From: Octopus vulgaris
Taxonomy: Eukaryota
DNA: 64,000 nt
Direction of reading: 5' to 3'
Assembly: GCA_951406725.2 (NCBI GenBank)
Contig: OX597816.1
Coordinates: 15,624,001-15,688,000 of the forward strand
The notes under the pieces are model-generated. The model saw only the letters and a program-made list of their open reading frames with translations. It searched no databases and was not told the origin of the DNA. Every line of letters starts with the position of its first letter. Positions within the stretch are counted from its first letter, which is position 1. Positions 1 through 12,899 of the stretch are shown one piece after another. The position numbers were made by a program, and so were the translations under genes.

Positions 1-757
1 AAAAAAAAAAAAATAAAATAAAAACAAGAAAAATACCATTCACTTGGCACAATGTTTTGGTGGAATTGAATAAGATGACGGTGAGAGGTAGAAATGGAAG
101 GAAGTAGCAGCAACCAAAAGCACACACACAAAAAAAGAAGAGAACAAAAAAAACAATTAAAAGATAACAATAATTATAATTTGAATGACCACAAAAGAAA
201 GAGCGACCACTTTGTTTTGTTTTTTCTTTTGTTACTTATTTTTGTTGTATTTTGTTGTCATAATTCATTTTCCTGATATGTGTAAGTGTATGTATGTATG
301 TATGTATGTATGTGTGTGGGGGTACTTTTTTTTGTATTTTTTTTCTTTAACCTTATAATTACAATTTTGACATCAGTGTTTAGAAAGTGGAATTAAAAAT
401 GGATGGAATGAAAAGGATAAAAAGGAAAGACGGGGAAGAAAGAAAGAATTAAAAATGTGACTTGAGGATTTTATTGAGAAGTAAATGCAAGCTTTGCCAG
501 GTTCCTTCACATCATCACATACACACACACACACACATGCACGCACATGCAAAAGTATGCTGTAAGTGTGCAATGTCTGGGATATTTTTTTTTCTTTTTC
601 CTTTTAGTATCATGCAATGCAGTGTGATCGACATTGGTTATTTTAAACTATTTTGTACATGTGTGTGTACATGCAGGTATGTATGTATACATATGCATGA
701 ACATATATATGTATGTGTATGCATAAATAAATGTGCATATGTGTGTGTGTGTATACA

Positions 758-789
<32 letters not shown>

Positions 790-804
790 TGTGTGTGTAT
801 ATAA

Positions 805-836
<32 letters not shown>

Positions 837-867
837 GTGTATGAGCATATATATGTGTGTGTATACA

Positions 868-929
<62 letters not shown>

Positions 930-1009
930 AGAAGTAAGCAGCAGCAACCAAAAGCACAAAACAAACAAAAGATAACAATAAATATAATTTGAATTACCAC
1001 AGAAGAAAG

Positions 1010-1330
1010 AGAGGGTATGTAGCTGAGAGGTTAGGATATTTAGCTCATGATTGTAAGGTCGTGAGTTCAATTCCTGGTGGTGTGTTTTGTTCTTGAGCAA
1101 GACACTTTATTCCACGTTGCTCCAGTTCACTCAGCTGGTAAAAATGAGTAGAAACTGTATTTCAAAGGGCCAGCCTTGTCACACTCTGTGTCATGCTGAA
1201 TCTCCCTGAGAACTATATTAAGGGTACATGTGTCTGTGGTGTGCTCAACCACTTGCGTGTTGATTTCACTAGCAAGCTGTTCTGTTGATCATATCAGCTT
1301 TGGCCCTTGTTTCCATAACTGATGGAGTGC
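1010..1330 (+). mobile_element. tRNA-headed SINE, family D, body variant 1 (diverged)
   Basis: B-box GAGTTCAATTCC followed by TTCTTGAGCAAGACACTTTATTCCACGTTGCTCCAG; colinear with 25865-26184. Confidence 0.8.
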
Positions 1331-1710
1331 TCCTTATATATACATTTATATATATGTGCGTGTGTGTATACTCATTAAGCATTAACTGTTGTAAAAACGA
1401 GTACTCAGTACCAAAATAGAAGTAAATGATTTATTTTATTTTGGTTAAGTCAGTCACAACCTGCTTGAAGATCCTGCACACTTACTGGTGAAACTCAAAG
1501 TTGGAAGAGACTGATTCGACCAAAATAAAGCAAAATATTATACATACAAACATGCATTTATCTATAGGAAAATTAGTAGGAGAGATCTATTTATACACAC
1601 AAAATGCTATATATATATATATATATATGCATGTGTGTATCTATGCATGAATACATATATATGCATATGTATATGTGTACATGTGTTGTATTTATATACG
1701 TGTGTGTGCG

Positions 1711-1760
<50 letters not shown>

Positions 1761-1770
1761 CACACACACA

Positions 1771-1978
1771 TTTCTATTCTAGGCACATGGCCCAGAATTT
1801 TGGGGGAGGGGGCCAGTCGATTAGATCGACTCCAGTATGCAATGGGTACTTAATTTATGGACCCCAAAAGGATGAAAGGCACAGTCGATCTCAGCGGAAT
1901 TTGAACTCAGAACATAAAGACAGACAAAATACCACTAAGCATTTTACCCAGCATGATAACATTTCTGCCAGCCCACCT
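1771..1978 (-). mobile_element. SINE family C (diverged)
   Basis: Reverse complement has TTCTGAGTTCAAATTCCGC and GCCTTTCATCCTTTT, as in the other C copies. Confidence 0.75.
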
Positions 1979-2018
<40 letters not shown>

Positions 2019-2687
2019 CCTGCCTATATATTTTTAAACTGTATGTGAATCTGAAAGGCATATGTGAACGTAAGTATATAATTATGTCTGTGTATTTCTG
2101 TATGTGTACATATGTCTGTATATTTCTGTGTTTGTATGTCTATGTATTTATATGAGTGTGTATATATCTATACATACACACACATAAATAGACACACATG
2201 CAAACACACTTGTTTGTTTAAGAAATTTATTTCTCAGCTATGTGGTTCCAGGTTCAGTCCCACCGGATGGCATCTTGAGCAAATGTCATCTGTTATGGCC
2301 TTAGCATATACTGTGCTCAGGTGTGCTACAGCTCATCAGAAAAGGTAAAAGTACATCCAGAAAGTAGTAATAAGGCCAGTAAAGAAAGACATCAATGATA
2401 ACTAAAAGTGCCGGCACAGTACACGGGATAAAACCTGAGACAGCAAAATGTACAGCGAAAGAGCCATAAAAAGAAAAGGGTGCTGAGGTATGTCAGGGGT
2501 GGTGTTGGCAAATTTTTAAAGGAAATTGTGTCCTGACATCTAACAACTGATGCAGGTAGTTTAGTCTATGCTTCAACAATTTTGAGCATGAACAATGCTT
2601 TCAAAAGATGAACTAACTGACATTTGCAACGTCTCTACCATTTTGATACTTCAAAATGTGTGTGTGTCTGTGTGTATACATATATAA

Positions 2688-2718
<31 letters not shown>

Positions 2719-2985
2719 CATATATAAATGTGTGTGTGTGCGCATACATATAAATGTGTGTGTGCATACATATATGTGTGTGTGTGTGTGTGTGCTTACA
2801 TACATAAATGTGTGTGTATATGTATGTATGCATATATGTAGATGCATGTGTGTATATAAATATCTATCTTCCCATTTTTCTAGCTATCTGCGTTTTGTGT
2901 GTTTATATTTATGTATATATAATTGTGTAATATATATATAATATATACATTATATACACACATGCATGCTGTTGTATGTGTTTGA

Positions 2986-3030
<45 letters not shown>

Positions 3031-3505
3031 TGTACCTACAAAAATACCTACATACATGAATATTATAAATATACACAGAAAGATATAGTTATATAAATAG
3101 ACATACAGATTGACAGATATGTGTGTATATATATGATATTTTCGTCTTTCCTTCCACTAATATCCATAAAATACATAGCAGTCATGTTCTGGATCCAATT
3201 TAATTGACTCCACTCACTTCCGTACAAATTTGTGGCCCTGTGCCAATGCTACAAATCAATATCATTTACATAAAGATCGTTATAACTTCATATTTTATAC
3301 GTACATTTAAATATTTATTCTCCTGAAAGGATGCTCGTTAATTTGATGTAGATGCACAGACATGCTTACTCATTCACTGCACTGCCACTGTAAATGTATT
3401 TTTGTTGGGTGCATATTCAATACTCTCACAAACTAAATGACTAACGCATGTAAAGCTTGGTGCATGTGTGTATATATATATATATATGTGTGTGTATATA
3501 CACAC

Positions 3506-3645
3506 ACAAGGGGGAGCTGAAAAGTTCTTGGCTTTAAGAGTATTGTGAAAGCCCAACCTTCCTAGTTCTGTTACAGGGCTTAGAAAAACTGAAGGACCAC
3601 AGCAATAAGTGTGTGAATCTGAGAAGGGAATATGTTGAATATAAA
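3506..3645 (+). pseudogene. Mariner-derived non-autonomous element with transposase C-terminal remnant
   Basis: Starts with a TIR-like ACAAGGGGGAGCTGAAAAGTTC. From about 3577 it reads GLEKLKDHSNKCVNLRREYVE, resembling the mariner C-terminal motif G-I-x-K-L-x-x-R-W-x-K-C-x(4)-G-x-Y-V-E. Confidence 0.7.
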
Positions 3646-3646
3646 T

Positions 3647-3733
3647 CATCATCATCATTGTTTAACGTCCGTTTTCTGTGCTAGCATGGGTTGGACGGTT
3701 CAACCGGGGTCTGGGAAGCCAGGAGGCTGCACC
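3647..3733 (-). mobile_element. Family B 3' end (short, truncated)
   Basis: (CAT)n then GTTTAACGTCCG...GCTAGCATGGGTTGGAC; shared with about 20 other copies. Confidence 0.8.
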
Positions 3734-3734
3734 A

Positions 3735-3765
<31 letters not shown>

Positions 3766-4061
3766 CATGTGTATATATCTGTGTGTGTATGTGTATATAT
3801 ATAATGTGTGTGTATGTGTATATATATGTGTGTATGTGTATATATATAATGTGTGTATGTGTATATATATATAATGTGTGTGTATGTGTATATATATAAT
3901 GTGTGTGTATGTGTATATATATGTGTGTGTATGTGTATATATATAATATGTGTGTGTATGTGTATGTATATAATATGTGTGTGTATTTGTATATATATAT
4001 GTGTGTGTGTATGTATATATATATTTATATATATATGTGTGTGTGTGTGTGTATGTATATA

Positions 4062-4220
4062 TAACCATCTGTCATTTCTTCTGTTAACTTTTTGATCTTG
4101 GTTGGAGTTTTTCTTGTTTGAGAAAAACGAAATCAAATCTTCTTCTGGTGGATTATTCAGTTTGTTTAAGAGCTTTCTAGATCTGATGTTGTCATTTTCT
4201 TTTGCTTTTTCTGACAAATT
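4062..4220 (-). pseudogene. Tc1/mariner-superfamily transposase fragment (region of the first catalytic Asp)
   Basis: Reads LSEKAKENDNIRSRKLLNKLNNP...FFSNKKNSNQDQKVNRRNDRWL, a degenerate FFSDEKxF...NxxNDR motif with the catalytic D lost; truncated by a microsatellite and a SINE fragment. Confidence 0.7.
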
Positions 4221-4918
4221 GGCCTTCCACACAGTTGCTGTGTACCAATTTCAATCACAAGGCATTGGTAGGCCCCCAAGCTGTCCTGGAGGACTCTTGC
4301 TGAAGGTGCTGTGCAGTGGGACTGAATCAGAAAAATACATCTTAATTGTCTAGTACACCTAAATTACTTTAATTTGATTTATATTGTACAAATCACAAAA
4401 TTTATTGAAATGCACCCATCATTGCTTGGTGCTTATTAAGCAATTCTTATCTCAAGACCAACAAACCAAACCCTTCTTAAGTACCAACCGACCATCACTT
4501 GACAGAATCAGCTGACCTCATTCTCAGCATTTAGAAATTCAGCCTCTCACTGTCTCTTCTATATTTGATAAAAAAAAAAAAGAACGCAGGCTTCATTTAA
4601 TATTTATTGTTTATTTCATTTTAACTGTGAGATGAATTGATGAAAGTATCGTTCTTCAAGCCAAAGCAATATCACTTCATGATTAGACTTGAGTGAGTTT
4701 GTCTTTTTAAAGGATATAGTTACCAAGAAACCATTCAAGCTAATATAATAAGAAACCAAGATTAGACTAAGTGGTCCGATGATAATCATATTTATCTCAA
4801 ACATAGCCGTTTGGCTACCATAGCTACATGTAAATACATCGCATTCATAAATGTTCATGCAGGCACTTGCATGCTCAAACTTATACATCACAAACACACA
4901 CACATGCACACACACACA

Positions 4919-4953
<35 letters not shown>

Positions 4954-5410
4954 ACACACGCATAGAGCGTTCATGGATGATTAAGAATGTTATATTGTCA
5001 TTATTCAGAAATTCTTACTGGAGAATCATCAAATCAATGGATACTGTATTACAGTAATTTTGATATAGTATATCACACCCCCACCTAATACATTTATCTG
5101 TCTGTCTCACTGTCTGCCTGTCTGTCTGTCCATTCATTCAGGCATCCTTTCATACAATCATATGTATTATGTTTAAACTTATAACCATGCTAGCACATCA
5201 TCATCATCGTTTAATGTTCATCTTCCATGCTGGCATGCGTTGGTTGGTTTAACCAGATCTGATGAGTTGGAGGACTGAATCTTGTTCGAATGTCTGCTTT
5301 GACACTGTTTCTATAACTGAATGCCTTTCCTAATGCCAACCACTTTACAGAGTGACATAAAATAATTCAAAATAAAATAAAATAAGAAGTGAAAAAAAGA
5401 GGTTAAGGGT

Positions 5411-5890
5411 AACAAGAGCACTCAGAGAGCGCAAACCTCCACCAAAGCAACACCAACGTCCTTTCAATTATTAGTCAGAGAGGATTTTAAAAAGGAGTAT
5501 ATCTGAAATATACTCAACTGCTCTCACAAATAAGAATACTAAAAATGCCAGATCAGACTGGAGCCTGGTACAGCCATTTGGTTTGCCAGTCCTCAGTCAA
5601 ATCATCCAACCCATGCTAGCATGGAAAGCAAATGTTAAACGATGATGATGATGAAGATGAATCCGACCACTCGCAAAAATTAAGTAAAAAAACGAGAAAG
5701 ATAATCTAGAATCTTTGTCCAGTATTGGACCAATCCCAAAATCTAATTAGTTTGTGCCAGTCATGAGGCCAAACATCCCTGAAAGTTTCATCCGAATCCA
5801 TCCTGAGGTTCTTGAGATATCTGGTCCACAGACAAACAAACAAACATGACTGAAAACAACATCTCCGCCTTCATTAAGGCGGAAATAATA
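5411..5890 (-). mobile_element. Non-autonomous Helentron/DINE-1-like (HINE-type) element, interrupted by a family B fragment at about 5546-5655
   Basis: Sub-terminal inverted repeats CTCCGCC/GGCGGA (5863-5884) and ACCTCCACC (about 5436), terminal hairpin GCACTC-AGA-GAGCGC, internal (CAAA)n; second copy at 33194-34270. Confidence 0.7.
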
Positions 5891-6053
5891 AAAGGTTTAT
5901 GGATTTGGATGTAGGTATAAAAGTTGATAGGTAGAGAAATAAGTAGACGGACAGAAGGGCAGGTCAATAGATAGATCGGTCAATAGATTGATAGAAGGGA
6001 AGAATAGATAGACAGAAGGGCAAGCCGATAGATAGATGGATAGACAGAGTCTG

Positions 6054-6236
6054 TCTTTTACTTGTTTCAGTCATTTGACTGCGGCCATGCTGGAGCACCA
6101 CCTTTAGTCGAGCAAATCGACCCCGGGACTTATTCTTTGTAAGCCCAGAACTTATTCTATCGGTCTCTTTTGCCGAACCGCTAAGTAACGGGGACGTAAA
6201 CACACCAGCATCGGTTGTCAAGCAATGCTAGGGGGA

Positions 6237-6273
<37 letters not shown>

Positions 6274-6461
6274 ACATATACATATATATACATATATACG
6301 ACAGGCTTCTTTCAGTTTCCGTCTACCAAATCCACTCACAAGGCATTGGTCGGCCCGAGGCTATAGCAGAAGACACTTGCCCAAGATGCCATGCAGTGGG
6401 ACTGAACCCGGAACCATGTGGTTGGTTAGCAAGCTACTTACCTCACAGCCACTTCTGCGCC
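6054..6461 (-). mobile_element. tRNA-headed SINE family A, full length, young
   Basis: Head GGCGCAGAAGTGGCTGTGAGGTAAG with B-box GGGTTCAGTCCC, CORE-like CTTGGGCAAGTGTCTTCT, internal TA/TG microsatellite, 3' end GACTGAAACAAGTAAAAGA. Confidence 0.9.
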
Positions 6462-7957
6462 TTGTACCGAAACCATTTTTTTTTTCATAGCACCAGCTTT
6501 TTTTTGGCACCTGAGCGTATTTTATTCCTAAAGTCATTTTAAATACTACCAGGATTTCATGAGATTCTTCAAAGCCAGAGCTTATCTCAGCTTCTTCCAT
6601 AGTATGTAAATGTATTAAACAGTTAACCTCTCTTTGTATGTTAAGCTAGTGTTAACACAATTAATACAGTCACCATCATGGGGTTTAATTAAAGATAATT
6701 ATTCGGTAATGAAAAAACAACATTTAGCACAGTGACTTAATATTATTTTAATCATTTTGGCAAGTACAGGAGACAAGTCCTGGGGCCACTTGTCTAGTAC
6801 AGAGGAAATTCCTTTGAAGATTCCATAGCTACTCTCAGCATCAAAGTGAACTGAACCATGACAAAATTGGGAGTGCTGCTCAAATATGCACAGGGATGAG
6901 TGTACTGGATTTGAATTTGTGTTCTATGAGTTGGTAAGCCGATACCTTTTCCACTCAAGTCATTTCACATGACATACACTTTATTTCTCATTCACTTGAA
7001 ATAAATGTTAGTGATGAATTGATATAAGTTTATGAACTACAACAACCCATTATTAACAATGCTTATCAATTTTATTTCCTATGGTGTTAATCTGATCGGA
7101 GAGAAATTCTATTCAGACAGATTACTACTCTCTCTCTCTCTCTCACAGGTAAATTTACCAGAGGAATTTGATAAATATTGATTCACTACCCATGGTTCTC
7201 AGTCTTTTTGACATCGTGGAACCCTGGAGATTCAATAGAGAAAATTCCCGAGACGCTGGAAATTGGAAAGAAAAAATAACCATTTTGAAATTATAAATAA
7301 AGAGAGAAAAGGGAAAAATTTTGCTCTCTTTGTCCTGTTAATTGTACTCATCTTTTATCCTTTACTTGTTTCAGTCATTAGGCTGAAGCCATGCTGAGGC
7401 ACTGCCTTAAGGTATTTCTAGTTGAAAGAATTAACCCTAGTATTTATTCTGCTATCCATTCTATTGATCTCTTGCCGAATCGCTAAGTTATGGGGATGCA
7501 AACACACCAACTCTGGTTGTCAAGTGGTGATTGGAGACACAGACACACACACACACACACAAACACACATATTTATGTGATGAGCTTCTTTCAGTTTCTG
7601 TCTAATATTTCCCCATGGCCAGACATGTTTACATGGAAGATTGGAAATGAAAGACCCTGCTTGTGTGATAGTGTTACATGATGTCAAGACAAGGAGACAC
7701 AAACCCACACACTCTCTTACATATACTATACACACACACATATATATGAGAAAATGAGATGACAAAGGAATACACTATTATCTTATGCACTTCATTAGCT
7801 GATGGCTGTTTCTGCTTTAAGATGCAGTAGACTCATAGGTGAGTGCCTGAATGACACCCTACACCTTCATTGGAACCTTGAATATGAAGTGCAACAATTT
7901 ATTTGAGTTCTACACCAGGTTATTAGTCTTGCAACACCTAACCAATACGTATATATA

Positions 7958-8000
<43 letters not shown>

Positions 8001-8004
<4 letters not shown>

Positions 8005-8146
8005 TCATCGTTTAACATCCATTTTCCATGCTAGCATAGGTTGGACAGTTCGACTGGGGTCTGGGAAGCCAGGAGACTGCACTAGGCTCCAGTCTGATCT
8101 GGCAGTGTTTCTACAGCGGGGTGTCTTCCTAACGCCAACCACTCCG
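8001..8146 (-). mobile_element. Family B 3' end
   Basis: (CAT)n tail plus CCATGCTAGCAT...CCTAACGCCAACC. Confidence 0.8.
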
Positions 8147-8983
8147 ATATATATAATGATAACCACAAAGTTTCATTTTATATATACACACACACACATA
8201 CACATGCATATATGATGAGCTTCTTTCAGTTTCCATCAACCAAATTCACTCACAAGGCTTCTGTTAGCCCAGGGCTTTAATAGAAGATACTTATCTATAG
8301 TATCTTGCTATATGACTAAACCTGGAACCATATGGTTGAGAAGCAATTTCTTGACAACAAAACCACACACCTACCCCTTAATTTCATATCAATTCATCCT
8401 TTCCTTTTCTTTGTTCCTTTTATGTTTTTTTTTTGCTATTGACTTCCTGAGTAATATTGGGTGGGTAAGCATGGCTGTATGGTTAAGAAATTTATTTTGC
8501 AATCTCATGGATTAAGTTCAATGCTTATGTGTGGCACCTTGGGTAAGTATCTCTGACCATAACAGCAGTGTCACAAGTCAACCGAAACCTTGTCAATAAG
8601 ATTGTGTTACCAGAAAATTTGTGTAAGTCCATTGGAGGGCTTTTACCTGATATGCCAGGCTTTCACACTTCCCACACCCACACGCTGTTTCTGAGGCCCT
8701 ACCATAGTCACAAAGGTCGTTGTTACTGCTTTACTTCCTCTCGTTAATTTATCAATCAAATATGAATAATAGGAAAAGTAACTGCACTTGCATATACAGT
8801 TCCGCTTTTGAGCACAGACAACCACCCCCACTAATATACACCCACTGATATGTCCACTTCTCATTTTGGACACTCATGCAAATATATTTTAAGAGGCTTG
8901 CAGAGACAATATTCTTTTGCACAGTATCTTACTACTGTATTTTTGTGTCTGTGTGTGTGCTTGTGTGTGTATATATATTTATA

Positions 8984-9024
<41 letters not shown>

Positions 9025-9029
9025 TTAAA

Positions 9030-9222
9030 TATGTGACCGCGTGTGTCGTTGGCGATTTTCTTTCTCCATTTGCCTTTCTTTGGACTTTTAATATATTTCT
9101 GATGAAGAGCTCCGCTCGTAACATGAAATCCTCTTTTCTTTCCTGAGCGTCCAATAACACTGTACTTATTCCACGTCCTCACGTTGTTGTTTTTTGTTGC
9201 TTGTTCATGTGTGGATTGACTC
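9030..9222 (+). mobile_element. Short Penelope-like-derived element with decayed hammerhead motif (about 9095-9131)
   Basis: CTGATGA-A-GAGC-TCC-GCTC-GTAAC (GAAAC mutated); homologous inverted copy at 37100-37270. Confidence 0.55.
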
Positions 9223-9404
9223 TCTCTCTCTCCATATATATATATATATAAAAATGTTTGTTTTTATGTTCAGTTGTAACAAAAACAACTTTACATTAAT
9301 TTGATGGGTTACTCTATACTTTTGTAGATTACAAGCTTAAACAAGAATTTTATTGATAGTAACTTCGAAATTTCATTTTATACACACACACACATTACTC
9401 ACAG

Positions 9405-9706
9405 CACATCATCTTTGGGAAGTGACTTCTAATGCTCTGAGCCAAGCAAAGTTTTATGAGTGGATTTGATAACTGGAAACTGAAAGAACGTTGTTGTTGT
9501 GTGTGTGTGTGGCTCCTCTTATCTTGTTGCCACATGATGGCTGTAAGCAACCATCATTTTTTCCAACATGTCCAACATGTAGTGAGCAGGCAGAAGTTGG
9601 CAACAAGAAGGGCATCCAGCCATAGAAAATCTGACTCAATGAAATCTGGTTGACTTATGGTAAACATGGAAATATGAGATATTAAAACGATGCTAATGTT
9701 GATGAT
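9405..9706 (+). mobile_element. Old SINE with family A-type 5' body and family B-type 3' tail
   Basis: GAGTGGATTTG...GGAAACTGAAAGAA (A module), then GTTGGCAACAAGAAGGGCATCCAGC...CATGGAAA and a GAT-rich end (B module). Confidence 0.6.
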
Positions 9707-10166
9707 GTTAAACACACTCATATACATATTTACAAACATACACACATGCTTATTTATAAACACACGGGCTTACCCAATTACGCAACCACTTCCCAATCCG
9801 TTACGCTTATCTCTCATATCCATTTACACTTTTACGAGATAAACGTAATGCACTCATTAACCCCACTGATAAACATCCGGTCATTATCTTTATCTAAAAC
9901 TGCTTCATTAGCTGATGTGTCCTTCCCCTATTTTTATATTATTTAAGATAATTTAATATAATTTTAAGGAAGTTTTTTTTTTGTTGTTGCTGTTTCTAGC
10001 AGGCCATGTGATCATATTGTGTCTCTCTTGTTTATTTGTGTTTGGAAGTTTTATGAAATATGCGTCAATAATATTTCTGGTGTTGATATATTTATAACCC
10101 TTCCCATTTATAAATGTCATTAAGTACATTTACGAAGTAGATCTATATTAGTAATGTCAACATGTG

Positions 10167-10598
10167 AGGGATCCTTTTGGTTTGAATGGCAGTTTTTTTC
10201 TAGCTGTGTCATATGAAATTGTCACCCATAATTATGACCCTAGTATCGATCTATTGCATTTCAATCTGTTTTAGGGTTAGGGTTAGTTAGGGTTAGGGGT
10301 GGGGGGAAGGGTATCTTTTTTTTTTCAGAAATGTAAATAAACCCAATCTGTTTCTTAAACAAGGGACATATTCATACGGCACAGAATGTTTTTTTACCTC
10401 AATAGACGTATTTGATTGGTTGAAATTGCAGAAATTGAAGAAAAAAACAACAAATATCTTACAAACTATGGAATTTTCCCAATAAAGCCAAGAGAAAAAG
10501 ATGTTTTATAAACACATTCTACCAGTATACGAAGTTTAAAATTTTTTAGTTACCTAGAAATTATGTTAAAAACTGCCGTTCAAACCGAAAAGATCCCT
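10167..10598. mobile_element. MITE (non-autonomous DNA transposon) with about 30-bp TIRs, 4-bp TSD and internal TTAGGG repeats
   Basis: AGGGATCCTTTTGGTTTGAATGGCAGTTTT / AAAACTGCCGTTCAAACCGAAAAGATCCCT, flanked by TGTG at 10163-10166 and 10599-10602. Confidence 0.85.
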
Positions 10599-10874
10599 TG
10601 TGATCCAACGATGTGCTTGAAATGACAGTCAAATCAAGCCCTGCCATCTAAACTTAGGAAAAGCACATTAAGTTAGACATTTTCTGTTTTATGATTTATG
10701 CTAACATTAAATAAGATATAAAAATTGTTATGACACATCGACAGTTTTTATGAGTTTTATTTTATCAAATATAAAATGTATTTAAAAATTTATTTTCAAA
10801 TAAATTGTCGCATAGATTGCTCTTTGTTGCAAAAAATAAATCTTGCACTCGTGTGATACATTAAAAGCACTCAC

Positions 10875-11198
10875 CATCATCTTTGTCATCGCTGCCATCA
10901 TTATTGACATTGTCATCATTATCTTTATCATCACCATTGTCATTATCATCATCATCATCGTTGTAATTATCATTATCATCATCATCGTCATTATAGTCAT
11001 CAGCATCATTGTCATCATCATCATAGTTGTCATCATCATCATCAGCATCATTGTCATCATTATAGTCATCATCATCAGCATCATTGTCATCATCATCATT
11101 GTCATTATAGTCATCATCATCAGCATCATTATAGTCATCATCATCATCATCAGCATCATTGTCATCATCATCATCATAGTTGTCATCATCGTCATCAT
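10875..11198. repeat. Imperfect (CAT)n trinucleotide array with higher-order units
   Basis: Direct reading; source of the poly-M, poly-I and poly-D ORFs. Confidence 0.95.
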
Positions 11199-11307
11199 GA
11201 CTGCTTTTATTTTCAATCCTAGGGATTAAACAATTAAACAAATCCAGATGCCAAAGTCTATTTAAAAGCCATCGATTATTGAATGGCTTGCAAACTTTCA
11301 TCTGTTA

Positions 11308-11682
11308 TTTTTTACTTGTTTCAGTCATTAGACTGTGGCCATGCTGGAGCACTGCTTTGAAGAATTTCTTAGTTAAATGAATCACCCCCACCCCAGTACT
11401 TAGTTTATTTCTTTAAGCCTGGTTCTTATTCTATCAATCTCTTTTTGCTGAATGGCTAAGTGAAGGGGATGTAAACAAACCAACATCAGTTGTCAAGTAG
11501 TGTTGGGGGACACACACACACACACATATCTGTATACACGAGAGGCTTCTTTCAGTTTCTGTCTACCAACTCTACTCACAAGGCTTTTGTTGGCCAGAGG
11601 CTATAGTAGAAGACATTTGTTGAAGGTTCCATGCAGTGGGACTGAACCTGGAACCAACTGCTTACCTCACAGCCACGCCTGC
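11308..11682 (-). mobile_element. SINE family A (diverged)
   Basis: Colinear with 6054-6461. Confidence 0.85.
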
Positions 11683-12188
11683 AAATCAGAAAAATTTTCA
11701 CAAAGAACTCTTATAATGGCTCTACCATTGCTGATCCTTGTTCTAAAAAGATTGGATGGAAATGGTCACTGCTACATCTCTTTTCTATTGATATAGACCT
11801 ACCTGCTCAATCAGGCTTGACATATGGCAAAACAACATGTTATGTAAGTAAGATGAAGCTTGTATACTAAGAATACACAACCCTATTTCTCTAACATGCC
11901 CTCTTGCTTGAACTAACAAGGGAGTCTCTATGCAGTTGCACCATCTGCTAGAAATAGCAGGCAAACCATGCTCAAATCACAATCTACCATGTAACAAACT
12001 GTGGAATGCCACGTTTAATGACGTAGTTCCTTAGAATGGCGTAGCTGGTATGTGTGCCAACAAGTAGGGAGTGCAGCCCTTTGGTTTGCTCCACCTGCAA
12101 AGAGGCCCTTGAGCCTATACTGACTTATACAGCAGACTGAAAAATTCAACCATCACCTTGGGCCCTTCAAGCTTACACAGGCTTATAC

Positions 12189-12411
12189 CTATTTCTTTAC
12201 TACCCACAAGGGGCTAAACACAGAGAGGACAGACAAATGGATTAAGTCGATTATATTGACCCCAGTACGCAACTGGTACTCATTTTATCGACCCCGAAAG
12301 GATGAAAGGCAAAGTCGACCTCGGCGGAATTTGAACTCAGAACGTAACGGCAGATGAAATATGGCTCTGCATTTCACCCAGCGTACTAGCGTTTCTGCCA
12401 GCTTGTCGCCT
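12189..12411 (-). mobile_element. SINE family C, full length, with TSD TTATAC
   Basis: Head GGCGACAAGCTGGCAGAAAC, B-box GAGTTCAAATTCC, central GCCTTTCATCCTTTCGGGGTCGATAAA; TTATAC at 12183 and 12411. Confidence 0.9.
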
Positions 12412-12689
12412 TATACCACAGACCTAAAAGTGCCACACCCATAAAACCATCACCTAGGGTAGACCACCGGCTCCTAACAATGATACTGGCTCCTGATACA
12501 CACACACACACACACACAAATTGGATGGCTTTTGATCATTGGTCTGTCCAATTAGGGCTGACTTAAAGCTCTCAACAACCATAGCAAGAACAGCAACAAA
12601 ACATCCCTTCTCTATCCATCTCTGTCCCCTTCTCCCAGAAAGAGATATATAATGAAACTGTGTTTGTTGAAACCTGATAATGTTCTTAC

Positions 12690-12701
12690 CTGATATGACA
12701 C
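12690..12701 (-). other. Candidate 12-nt microexon
   Basis: Minus strand reads ctgcaattttcag|GTGTCATATCAG|gtaaga: good acceptor and donor, frame-preserving, UGC just upstream of the acceptor. Confidence 0.25.
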
Positions 12702-12899
12702 CTGAAAATTGCAGGTAACTATTTGTCTGTGTGTGTTAAGGAAAGTCAATAAAGAGTAAAACTAGGAGAAAAATGTACAAATATTGGGATGACAGTTTAA
12801 TTTCCGAGTGAATTTGTTAAAATCTATTAGTTGGGTGTGTCATCATGATAAGTAAAGTAGTTAGTGGAGAAACACTGATATTCAATTTGTAAATGTCTG

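Noticed and set aside
462-1100. Long C/V/Y/I/H/T-rich ORFs here and at about 12900, 15700, 40200, 44100, 47000, 49700 and 58300
   Set aside because: Translations of (TA)n/(TG)n/(CA)n tracts, which lack stop codons; no protein-like complexity.
10271-10311. TTAGGG repeats as a telomere or chromosome fusion site
   Set aside because: Only about four units, and they are internal to a TIR element with a TSD.
10782-11301. Poly-Asp, poly-Met and poly-Ile ORFs suggesting an acidic biomineralisation protein
   Set aside because: A (CAT)n array open in several frames; the flanks give no support for an exon.
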